The notes below the pieces were generated by a model, which was given only the letters and a program-made list of their open reading frames with translations, did no database searches and was not told the origin of the DNA. This document shows positions 18,296 through 25,880 of a stretch of DNA of 64,000 nucleotides, one piece after another; positions within the stretch are counted from its first letter, which is position 1; every line of letters starts with the position of its first letter. This DNA is from Gemmatimonadota bacterium (GTDB taxonomy: Bacteria; Gemmatimonadota; Gemmatimonadetes; Gemmatimonadales; GWC2-71-9). The translations under genes were made by a program, and so were the position numbers. The stretch is from contig JADKJZ010000014.1 of NCBI GenBank assembly GCA_016720805.1, positions 1,053,162-1,117,161 on the forward strand, given 5' to 3'.

Positions 18296-20248
18296 ATGCT
18301 GAATCCTCACGCACGGTTCGCGAGCTTCGTCGTCGGCTCGGCCAACCGACTCGCCTTCACTGCCTCGAAGGCCGTCGCCGAGTCGCCCGGGGCGGTGTAC
18401 AACCCGCTCTTCATCTATGCCCGCCCGGGCCTCGGGAAGACACACCTGCTGATGGCCATCGGGAATGAGGCACTGGCGATCGATGCCTCGCGCGTGGTGG
18501 AGTACGTCACGGTCGATGATTTCGTCGAGGCCTACCAGGCGGCGATTGCGGCAGGGCAGGCGGAGGCCTATCGGCGCCGCTTTACCGAGGCAAACGTCGT
18601 CCTGCTGGATGACGCACAGCTGCTCTCCGACCGCCGCGAGCTGCAGGCTGAGCTGCTCCGCCTGATGGATCTGCTGATGGCCGCGGACCGGCAAATCGTC
18701 CTCGCCGGTGACCGTCCTCCCGAGGAGATCCAGTCGCTGGATGAGCGGTTGATTCGCCGCTTTGCCGGCGGTCTGGTGATCGACATTGGCGCACCGGACT
18801 ACGAGACCCGCCTCGCGATCCTCACCCGTCGCAGCAACGACCGACAGGTGCATTTCGCGCCGGAAGTGCTTGACGTCGTCGCCCAGCTCCCGATCACCAC
18901 CGTGCGCGAGCTCCTGGGTGCGCACAACCGCCTCGTGGCGCAGCAGGCCGTACAGACCGCACCGCTCGCGAGCGACCAGGTGCGCCAACTGATGCTGAGC
19001 CTGGGGCACGGTGCCGTCGTGGTCGAGCCGGTGGTCGCGGAGTCGACAGTGGTGGCGGCGGACGAGTCCCCGGCGCTTGACGAGTTCTCGGACTTCCTCT
19101 CCGATCTCTCGGCGACGGTCGCGGTCCAGGTTGATCGGTGGCGGCAGCGGATCACCGAGGCAATGCTGCGCTTCGGCGCCGAAGGGATGCGGACCTCGCG
19201 CCTCGAGGCACTCCTCGCCGAAGAGGTCGCCGTCGATCCCGCCGAAATCCTCGCCCAGTACGAGGCCGACGTTGAACGGCTGCGCGTCCTCCGGCAGGAG
19301 ATCGAGACGCTCGCCCCCGCGCTGCTCTCCGAACAATCGCTGCACGACCCGGACCTCCTGGCCGAGGCGGAAGCACTCGTCGAGGAGGCGCGCGAGAGCG
19401 GTGCGCCGCTGCCCGGCCCGGTCCCACGCTACACGCTCGCCGCCTTTGCCGTCGGGCAGACGTCGCGACATGTCGTCGAGGCGATCCACACCGCCGCGAC
19501 CGCCCCCGGGCAGCGCTACAACCCGATGGTGATCGTCGGGCGTTCGGGCACCGGCAAGAGTCATCTACTCCATGCCTTTGGCCACGAATTGCGCGCCGCC
19601 GGCCTCAAGCGTGTGGCCGTCTTCGATGCCAAGCAGTTCGTCGACGACCTGGTGGCCGCCCTCGCCGATGGCTCGATCACGCGCTGGCGGCATCGGCTCC
19701 GACGCGTCGACGCGCTGCTGCTCGACAACGTCGCGGTCCTTGCCGGCAAGGAGCGTTCGCAGGAGGAGCTGTACCTGCTGTACAACCTGCTGCTCGAGTC
19801 GGGACGGCAGATGGCCTTCACCACCACGGTCACGCCGTCGCAACTGGAGGGGTTCGAGCCGCGACTCGCGACGCGGCTCGCCGGCGGACTCGTGCTCGAG
19901 CTTGGGGCCCCGGATCGGGAGGCGCGCGTGCAGGAGGTGGTTCGCCTCCTCGGCGCCCTGGCGAACGACGCCGATCTGGTCGACTATCTCGCCGCTCGCC
20001 CCGCCGTCACCCTCCGCGATACGCAGCAGCTGGTGCAACGACTGCTCGCGGCTGCGGAGGAGCGCCAGGCGCCGCTGACGTTGATCACCGCGCGCAGCAT
20101 CCTCGATGGCACTGCCGCTCCGGCGCCCCGACCGCCCCGGCGAGGCAGCGGACTCCTCGCCCCGGGTGGTGGTGCCATTCGGTCCCGTGAGAAGATGATC
20201 GAGACGTGGCCCGACATCGCCGAACGGTTGATGGAGGAGTGGAGCTGA
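18296..20248 (+). CDS. Protein with two tandem DnaA/Hda-like AAA+ modules, no DnaA domain IV
   Basis: Module 1: 'FVVGSANRLA', Walker A 'ARPGLGKTHLL', Walker B 'VVLLDDAQLL', 'QIVLAGDRPPEEI', 'LDERLIRRFAGGLVIDIGAPDYETRLAIL'. Module 2: 'GRSGTGKSHLL', 'LLLDNVAVL', 'PRLATRLAGGLVLELGAPDREARV'. No C-terminal DnaA-type HTH sequence is visible. Confidence 0.8.
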   Translation: MLNPHARFASFVVGSANRLAFTASKAVAESPGAVYNPLFIYARPGLGKTHLLMAIGNEALAIDASRVVEYVTVDDFVEAYQAAIAAGQAEAYRRRFTEANVVLLDDAQLLSDRRELQAELLRLMDLLMAADRQIVLAGDRPPEEIQSLDERLIRRFAGGLVIDIGAPDYETRLAILTRRSNDRQVHFAPEVLDVVAQLPITTVRELLGAHNRLVAQQAVQTAPLASDQVRQLMLSLGHGAVVVEPVVAESTVVAADESPALDEFSDFLSDLSATVAVQVDRWRQRITEAMLRFGAEGMRTSRLEALLAEEVAVDPAEILAQYEADVERLRVLRQEIETLAPALLSEQSLHDPDLLAEAEALVEEARESGAPLPGPVPRYTLAAFAVGQTSRHVVEAIHTAATAPGQRYNPMVIVGRSGTGKSHLLHAFGHELRAAGLKRVAVFDAKQFVDDLVAALADGSITRWRHRLRRVDALLLDNVAVLAGKERSQEELYLLYNLLLESGRQMAFTTTVTPSQLEGFEPRLATRLAGGLVLELGAPDREARVQEVVRLLGALANDADLVDYLAARPAVTLRDTQQLVQRLLAAAEERQAPLTLITARSILDGTAAPAPRPPRRGSGLLAPGGGAIRSREKMIETWPDIAERLMEEWS

Positions 20249-21870
20249 TGGCGATCAAGGGCTCACTCCGCGAAGCGTCGCTGGCCGACGTCGTGCAACT
20301 GCTCTTCCTGGGGCGCCGCACCGGCTGCCTCTCCGTGGCCAACGAGCGGAACTTCGGTTCGATCTGGTTTGACGACGGCTGGATCACCTTCGCCGGCATG
20401 GTCTCGCGCCCCGATCGCCTCGGCGAGCGCCTTCTCGCGGCCGGGCGTCTGCGTCCCGAGCAGTTGGCGCAGGCCATCGCGGTGCAGCAGGCCATGCCGG
20501 GGCAGCGTCTTGGGGCCGTCCTGCGTCAGTTGGGCTACCTCACCCCCGAGGACGTCGAGGGCGAAGTCCGCCGACAGGTCGAGGAGACGATCTACACCCT
20601 CTTCACCTGGACCAGCGGGACCTTCTCGTTCGAGGCCGGCGTACGCCCCGAGGATCCCGAGGCGGCGCTGCGGCTGAATCCCGACGGACTGCTGCTCGAG
20701 GGCGCTCGACGCGTCGACGAGTGGAGTGTCATCGCCAAGAAGATCCCTTCGCTCGATGCGGTCTTCGCGCTCGAGGGCGATGTCCGCGGCGGTGCCGAGG
20801 GTGATGAGGCACTGGTGGAGACGGAGCGGCGCCTGCTGCCGTTGCTCGATGGCATTCGCACGGCCCGCGACCTGATGGACTCCACCGGGCTGACCGACTT
20901 CGAGGTGTGCCGCGTCCTGTATGGACTGCTGAGCGCTGGCCGCCTCCGGCGGGTCGCCACGGCGCCCGCCGCGCCCGCACGCGAGAGTGGCTCGCGCCTC
21001 GACGAGCATCGCAACCTCGGCATTGCCTTCTATCGCACCGGCATGCTGGCGGAAGCGGACCGCGAGTTCCGCCGCGTGTCGGAGTTGCGGCCGGAGAATG
21101 GTGAGGGACCGTTCCACCTCGGGCTGATCGCGCTGCGCGAGGCGCGCTGGGAAGACGCGATCACCCAACTGAAGCTCGCGGCCGAGCGCAGCGGTCCGCG
21201 CCCCGCCGTGCTCCACAACCTTGCCCTCGCGTTCGAGGCGCTTGGTCGACTCGACGAGGCCGACGCCGCCCTCTCCGAGGCGATCCAGCGCGAGAAGGAC
21301 GACCCGCGACTCTGGATCGGCTGGGGCCTGCTTGCGCTGCGCCGTGCCCAGGGGCCGTCGGCGCTGGAGCGCTTCGCGCGGGCACGCGACCTGATTGGTA
21401 CCGCGATCCCGCCGGCCCGCTGGTACTGGGGCTGCGGCTGCGCCCAGGCGCTTTCCGAGGCGTGGCAGGATTCCCTCGCCACCGTGCGTGAGGGCGTCAC
21501 CCAGTACCCGGATCATCCGGTGCTGCGCACGTCGCTGGGGGTCCTGCTCGAGGCGTCCGGTGAAGTGGGTGAGGCCGAGGCGCATTTGCGCCACGCGCTT
21601 GGCGAAGATCCGACCATTCCGCAGATCTCCAAGAACCTCGGCGACCTGCTTTATCGGGCGGGACGATGGGACGAGGCGGAGGAGGCCTACCTGCGCGCCG
21701 CGAAGCTCGAACCGGCCCTGGGCGACGACCTCTTCTTCAAGCTCGGCAATCTGGCCTGCCGGCGGGCCGACATGGCCACGGCCCGGCAGCATTGGGAGGA
21801 AGCGGTGCGTCTCAACCCTGAGCACGCGCTGGCGCGGGCCAACCTCAGTGGTTCCCGGGCGGGTCAATGA
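20248..21870 (+). CDS. PATAN/DUF4388-domain protein with C-terminal TPR
   Basis: 'IKGSLREASLADVVQLLFLGRRTGCLSV ... LFTWTSGTFSFEAG' is a DUF4388-like N-terminus, followed by >250 aa of clear TPRs ('GIAFYRTGMLAEADREFRRVSELRPENG'). The ATG shares its A with the upstream stop codon (TGATG). Confidence 0.7.
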   Translation: MAIKGSLREASLADVVQLLFLGRRTGCLSVANERNFGSIWFDDGWITFAGMVSRPDRLGERLLAAGRLRPEQLAQAIAVQQAMPGQRLGAVLRQLGYLTPEDVEGEVRRQVEETIYTLFTWTSGTFSFEAGVRPEDPEAALRLNPDGLLLEGARRVDEWSVIAKKIPSLDAVFALEGDVRGGAEGDEALVETERRLLPLLDGIRTARDLMDSTGLTDFEVCRVLYGLLSAGRLRRVATAPAAPARESGSRLDEHRNLGIAFYRTGMLAEADREFRRVSELRPENGEGPFHLGLIALREARWEDAITQLKLAAERSGPRPAVLHNLALAFEALGRLDEADAALSEAIQREKDDPRLWIGWGLLALRRAQGPSALERFARARDLIGTAIPPARWYWGCGCAQALSEAWQDSLATVREGVTQYPDHPVLRTSLGVLLEASGEVGEAEAHLRHALGEDPTIPQISKNLGDLLYRAGRWDEAEEAYLRAAKLEPALGDDLFFKLGNLACRRADMATARQHWEEAVRLNPEHALARANLSGSRAGQ

Positions 21871-22706
21871 GCGACGAGACCCTGCCGGCACTGCAGGCAG
21901 AATACGCGCGACTCGCGTCGGCACTGGCGACCGCACCCTCGGCCGAACAGCGCGCACTGATCAAGGCCGACATCGTCACCCTGTTCCGGCGCGCCGAGAC
22001 GTTGATCGCGGAGCTTGCCACGTTCAAGGAGTCGATCCGCGAGTTGGTCGATCGCTTCAAGACGTTGCCCGGTGAGGCGGCCGCGTCGGTGCGCCATGAC
22101 CATATCGGCGCGTCGAGCTACATCGAACGTGGCTGGAGTGCGTTGGCCGCAGCGGATTGGACGGCGGCCGCGGCCGCACTCCGCGAGGCGATTGCGCGGG
22201 ACGCCACCAGTACGACGGCGCGGGCGCTCTTGGCGTGGGCGCTGGTGCGCACCGGCGAGGTCGATGCGGCGGTCGCGCTCTGCCGGCCGATGCTCGAGGC
22301 CGACCCGGCGAACGGGCTCGCCCGGGTCGCGGTCGGCGTGGCCCTGCTGCAGCGCGATCAGCTCGACGAGGCCGCCGTCCACCTGAGCCACGTCACCTCG
22401 GGCGCGAGTGCCGATCCTCGCGCGGTCCTCTATGCCCACTACTGGTTGGGCGTGGTCGCGCTGCGTCGCGAGGACTTCGGCGCCGCCGTGGAGTCGCTCC
22501 GCCGCGCCGTGACCCTGGGGCCGAACCTCGGGGAGGGGTGGGCCGAGCTCGGGATCGCCCTCTGGCATGCCGGCGCGCCGGCGGACGCGCGCGAGGCGTG
22601 GCGAGTCGGGGCCGGCATCCGGCACTCGCCGCACCAGACGCGGTGTCGCGATCTGGAGACCGTCACGGCTGCCGGAGGGACGCCGCCACGCTGGTCCCCG
22701 TCCTGA
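21867..22706 (+). CDS. Coiled-coil + TPR protein
   Basis: N-terminal helical segment followed by TPR-like repeats. ATGA overlap with the upstream gene. Confidence 0.55.
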   Translation: MSDETLPALQAEYARLASALATAPSAEQRALIKADIVTLFRRAETLIAELATFKESIRELVDRFKTLPGEAAASVRHDHIGASSYIERGWSALAAADWTAAAAALREAIARDATSTTARALLAWALVRTGEVDAAVALCRPMLEADPANGLARVAVGVALLQRDQLDEAAVHLSHVTSGASADPRAVLYAHYWLGVVALRREDFGAAVESLRRAVTLGPNLGEGWAELGIALWHAGAPADAREAWRVGAGIRHSPHQTRCRDLETVTAAGGTPPRWSPS

Positions 22707-23614
22707 CCCTGCTGCTCGCCCTCCAGGGCGGGCCGGCCCCCCGCGCGGTCGAGTTCACGGTCGGGAATGTCACCGTGGTGACCGTCCCCCGGCTGGAGCC
22801 CCTCGGCCGGCGGTTGGGTGCGGTCGCAGCCGCGCCGCAGCAGTGGCTCGGCCTCGGTCGGATCGCGCTGGGGCCGATCACCCTGGCGATCGTCCCCGAT
22901 CGCACGACCTTCCAGCGGTGGTCCCGGGGCCGACTCCCCTCCTGGGGCGCCGGCATGGCCCTTCCCAACAGCGGCATGGTGCTGCTCCGCGCCGATGGCG
23001 GTGACGTCGATGTCACCCTTCGGCACGAGCTCGCCCACGTGGCACTCCACCGCAAGGTGAAGGTCCGCGTCCCACTCTGGTTCGACGAAGGGTATGCCGT
23101 GTTGGCGTCCCGCGAGTACGGCGGATTGGCGGCGCTGCAGCTCAACCTGGCGGTGGCTGCTGGTCGGGTGCCGACGCTCGCAGCGCTCGATGCCTCGCTG
23201 CGGGGCAGTGAAGGGGATGCCACGGCGGCCTACGCGTTGGCCGCGTCGGCGGTGGCCGAGCTCGGGCGACGGCACCCGACGGGCACGCTCGATCCGCTCC
23301 TCCAGCGGCTGGCGGGGGGCACCCCCTTCGAGGAGGCGGTGCTGGCCACGACCGGCCTCAGCGCGGACCGATTTGCCGACACATGGCACTTGGCGACCCG
23401 TCGGCGGTACAACTGGGGAATCTGGCTGGCGACGGGTGGGGTCTGGGTGGTGCTGGCACTGCTCCTGGCCTGGGCCAAGGCGTATCGTCGGCACCTCGAT
23501 GCACCGCGGCGGGAGGCGCTCAACGTGGGCTGGAGCCTGCCGCCGGATGACGAACCGATTACAACTGACGAATTTCTGCCGATTCCGCTTGACCCACCCG
23601 AGTTGAACCGCTAG
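22643..23614 (+). CDS. Putative membrane-anchored zinc metalloprotease (HExxH...E)
   Basis: 'RHELAHVALHRKVKVRVPLWFDEGYA' is a gluzincin-like HExxH plus a downstream Glu. C-terminal hydrophobic helix 'WGIWLATGGVWVVLALLLAWA'. Start uncertain: GTG at 22643 gives a signal-like N-terminus (LVPVLTLLLALQG). The track ORF start at 22157 overlaps the upstream gene in another frame. Confidence 0.5.
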   Translation: MSRSGDRHGCRRDAATLVPVLTLLLALQGGPAPRAVEFTVGNVTVVTVPRLEPLGRRLGAVAAAPQQWLGLGRIALGPITLAIVPDRTTFQRWSRGRLPSWGAGMALPNSGMVLLRADGGDVDVTLRHELAHVALHRKVKVRVPLWFDEGYAVLASREYGGLAALQLNLAVAAGRVPTLAALDASLRGSEGDATAAYALAASAVAELGRRHPTGTLDPLLQRLAGGTPFEEAVLATTGLSADRFADTWHLATRRRYNWGIWLATGGVWVVLALLLAWAKAYRRHLDAPRREALNVGWSLPPDDEPITTDEFLPIPLDPPELNR

Positions 23615-23625
23615 GCTCCTGAGCT

Positions 23626-23817
23626 ATGCCAAACTCAGAAACGCAGTCCGGGCGTCCGACGACGCTCTTCACGCGCCGCAATCTGCTCCTGCTCGGGGTC
23701 GCCTTGCTGACGCTGGTGGCAGGTTACGCGGTCCTGGTCAGCGGCTCGGCCAGCGCGGCCGCCGTGCTGCTGGTCCTCGGCTACTGCGTCCTCTTCCCGC
23801 TGGCTCTGCTGGCCTGA
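23626..23817 (+). CDS. Small two-helix membrane protein
   Basis: 63 aa with two hydrophobic helices (LLLLGVALLTLVAGYAVLV; AAAVLLVLGYCVLFPLALL). No family recognised. Confidence 0.45.
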   Translation: MPNSETQSGRPTTLFTRRNLLLLGVALLTLVAGYAVLVSGSASAAAVLLVLGYCVLFPLALLA

Positions 23818-23830
23818 TCGGCAGGACTGC

Positions 23831-23904
23831 GGGCGAATAGCTCAGCTGGTTAGAGCGCCTGCCTTACACGCAGGATGTCGGGGGTTCGAATCCCTCTTCG
23901 CCCA
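23831..23904 (+). tRNA. tRNA-Val (anticodon TAC)
   Basis: Cloverleaf read by hand: acceptor GGGCGAA/TTCGCCC, D arm GCTC-AGCTGGTTA-GAGC, anticodon arm CCTGC-CTTACAC-GCAGG, T arm GGGGG-TTCGAAT-CCCTC, discriminator A. CCA is not encoded. Confidence 0.9.
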
Positions 23905-23969
23905 TACCGGCGTGTCTGTGCACGCCACTTCGACCGTCTTTTAGGGCGTACCTCACGGAGGTCTACGGG

Positions 23970-25703
23970 ATGTTGCAGCACGTCATGTCGATCACGCTCA
24001 TCGCGACAGTGGCCTCGGCTTCGCCGGCCCCCTCGCAGATCCGCGCCAATACTTCGATCGGTGGGCGCACTGCTGCGCCGCCGCCGCGCATCATGGTGGC
24101 CAATCCGGCCCTCGCGACCTCGACCGACTCGGCCGCCTCGGTGGCGATCGGCGATGGGATGCGCGACAAGATCACGAAGTCCGTGACCGGGACGTTCACG
24201 GTGCTGACCAAGCGCGACATGAACACGGCGCTCGCTGCCTATGGCTTCGCCGAGAATGAAGTCCTGAACGCGACGTCCGCGATGCGGTTGGCGAACCAGA
24301 TCGACGCGCGGACCGTGGTGACCTCGACGCTGAGCAAGGGCGCCGACGGCCGCTTCTCGCTCATCGTCCGCGTCTCCGGCTCGAGCGCTTCGCTCGATGT
24401 CGGGCATGTGGTGACCATTGCGCAGGCGCCCGGTCAGCCGCTGGCCGACTTCGGCAGCAAGGCTGGCGAGGCGATCGTCCCGGCGCTCAAGGGATGGAAT
24501 GACGCCAAGGCCTGCCTCGATCAGAGCACGACCAAGCTGGACAAGGCCAACGAGGCGGCCCAGAAGGCGTTCCGCGCGCAGCCCGGCCACGGTCTCGCGA
24601 GCTACTGCCTCGCCGAAATCGCCAGCAAGCGTGACTCGGCTGGTGCCGCCACCATGCAGGCGTGGCAGGATGTCACCAAGGCCGACCAGTACTCGCTGAC
24701 GGCGTGGCAGCACATTGCGTCCATTCACGCGAACAAGGGCGATTCGGCCAAGGTCGTCGAGACGTACCAGCAGATGTTGCGCGTCGCGCCGACGAACCAG
24801 CTCCTGCGCGACCAGTCGTACAAGGTCTTCCAGGGCTACGGCCGTCCCGACGCCGCGATGCAGGTCGTCGACGAAGGGATCAAGATGGATCCGGCCAACA
24901 CCGACTGGTACGACCTGAAGAGCAACGTCTGCATCGGCAAGGGCGATCTCGGCTGCGCCGTGGCCTCGCTCGAGGAGCTCTTCTCGATCGACTCGACCAA
25001 GGCCGACACCAACTTCTACGCCAAGATCCTCTACGCCGCGAAGGAGAAGCCGGACACCGCCAAGTACCTGATGTGGGCCAAGCGCGGTGCCGCCAAGTAC
25101 GACAGCCGCGCCGACATCCTCGAGGAGCTGGCGATCGCGTACGGGTGGACCGGCCAGTCCGACTCGTCGGTGGCCACCGCCCGCAAGATGATCATGGTCG
25201 ACGATACCAAGACCGACGCGCTGATGCGGGTGGTAAAGTCGTTGCTCGACGGGAAGAAGTACCGCGAGGCGACCTCGCTGGCGTCGACCGTCAACGGGCT
25301 GTCCGATGTCGAGACCAAGAACACATACGGAGCAATGCTCGTGCGCTCCGCTGACGAGGTTCGCTCGGCGACTCCGCCGGACAACGCGCTCCTGATCCAG
25401 ATGAGCGATGCCATCCTTTCCTCGGGAACAACGAACAATCAGGTGATCGTCCTCGCCAACTTCTTCATCTCGGCGGCCTTGGCCGGCGACGTGCAGGAGA
25501 TGTCCAAGACGGTGCGCACTCCGCAGGCGACCTGCGAGTCGACGAAGACGTACGAGGCCGTGCTGGCGAAGATCGAGCCGGCACTTGTTTCTGCCGCCAC
25601 GAGTCCGACGGCGCAGATCGCGGACTTTGCCAAGCGGTTCCTGCCTTCCGTGCAGAGCGAAAAGGTCGAAGTCGTCAAGATGCTCGCCCAGCGCTGCAAG
25701 TAG
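23970..25703 (+). CDS. Secreted/periplasmic TPR-like protein
   Basis: Signal-like N-terminus (MSITLIATVASASPAPS), GGAGG 11 nt upstream of the ATG, and helical-repeat C-terminal two thirds. Lys-rich and visibly less GC-rich than its neighbours. No specific family recognised. Confidence 0.6.
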   Translation: MLQHVMSITLIATVASASPAPSQIRANTSIGGRTAAPPPRIMVANPALATSTDSAASVAIGDGMRDKITKSVTGTFTVLTKRDMNTALAAYGFAENEVLNATSAMRLANQIDARTVVTSTLSKGADGRFSLIVRVSGSSASLDVGHVVTIAQAPGQPLADFGSKAGEAIVPALKGWNDAKACLDQSTTKLDKANEAAQKAFRAQPGHGLASYCLAEIASKRDSAGAATMQAWQDVTKADQYSLTAWQHIASIHANKGDSAKVVETYQQMLRVAPTNQLLRDQSYKVFQGYGRPDAAMQVVDEGIKMDPANTDWYDLKSNVCIGKGDLGCAVASLEELFSIDSTKADTNFYAKILYAAKEKPDTAKYLMWAKRGAAKYDSRADILEELAIAYGWTGQSDSSVATARKMIMVDDTKTDALMRVVKSLLDGKKYREATSLASTVNGLSDVETKNTYGAMLVRSADEVRSATPPDNALLIQMSDAILSSGTTNNQVIVLANFFISAALAGDVQEMSKTVRTPQATCESTKTYEAVLAKIEPALVSAATSPTAQIADFAKRFLPSVQSEKVEVVKMLAQRCK

Positions 25704-25717
25704 CCCTTCCCACGACG

Positions 25718-25747
25718 GGGCGGGTCGCCTATATTGGCGACCTGCCC
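25718..25747 (+). terminator. Possible stem-loop downstream of the TPR gene
   Basis: gggcgggtcgcc-tatatt-ggcgacctgccc: 12-bp stem with one mismatch. There is no following T-tract, so terminator function is uncertain. Confidence 0.3.
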
Positions 25748-25752
25748 AATCG

Positions 25753-25826
25753 GGGGCTGTAGCTCAGTTGGTTAGAGTGCCGCACTGTCACTGCGGAGGT
25801 CGCGGGTTCGAGCCCCGTCAGCCCCG
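25753..25826 (+). tRNA. tRNA-Asp (anticodon GTC)
   Basis: Acceptor GGGGCTG/CAGCCCC, D arm GCTC-AGTTGGTTA-GAGT, anticodon arm CCGCA-CTGTCAC-TGCGG, T arm GCGGG-TTCGAGC-CCCGT, discriminator G. Confidence 0.9.
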
Positions 25827-25836
25827 TTTACATCAT

Positions 25837-25870
25837 CCCGTCCCGGCATGCCGGGCGGGGTGTTTTGTTT
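25837..25870 (+). terminator. Rho-independent terminator after tRNA-Asp
   Basis: cccgtcccggca|tgccgggcgggg is a GC-rich hairpin, followed directly by tgttttgttt. Confidence 0.6.
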
Positions 25871-25880
25871 CCAGGACCCC

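Noticed and set aside
18296-20248. Possibility that the DnaA-like gene marks the chromosomal dnaA/oriC region
   Set aside because: The protein lacks the DnaA N-terminal and C-terminal DNA-binding domains and is embedded in a tightly packed operon. No AT-rich unwinding element or cluster of DnaA-box-like 9-mers is apparent nearby, and dnaN, recF and gyrB are not adjacent.
22157-22642. 5' part of track ORF 22157..23614 as a real N-terminal domain of the protease
   Set aside because: It overlaps the TPR gene 21867..22706 in a different frame and translates to Arg/Gly-rich junk. The hydrophobic signal-like segment and the HExxH domain begin only after about 22643.
23831-25826. tRNA-flanked segment as an integrated genomic island
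   Set aside because: There is no integrase or recombinase, no visible direct repeat of a tRNA 3' end, and only one ordinary-looking secreted protein gene between the tRNAs.
25827-25880. A missing or degraded mraZ upstream of rsmH
   Set aside because: Only 54 nt separate tRNA-Asp from rsmH, and they are occupied by a clean intrinsic terminator. No MraZ-like reading frame or remnant is visible.
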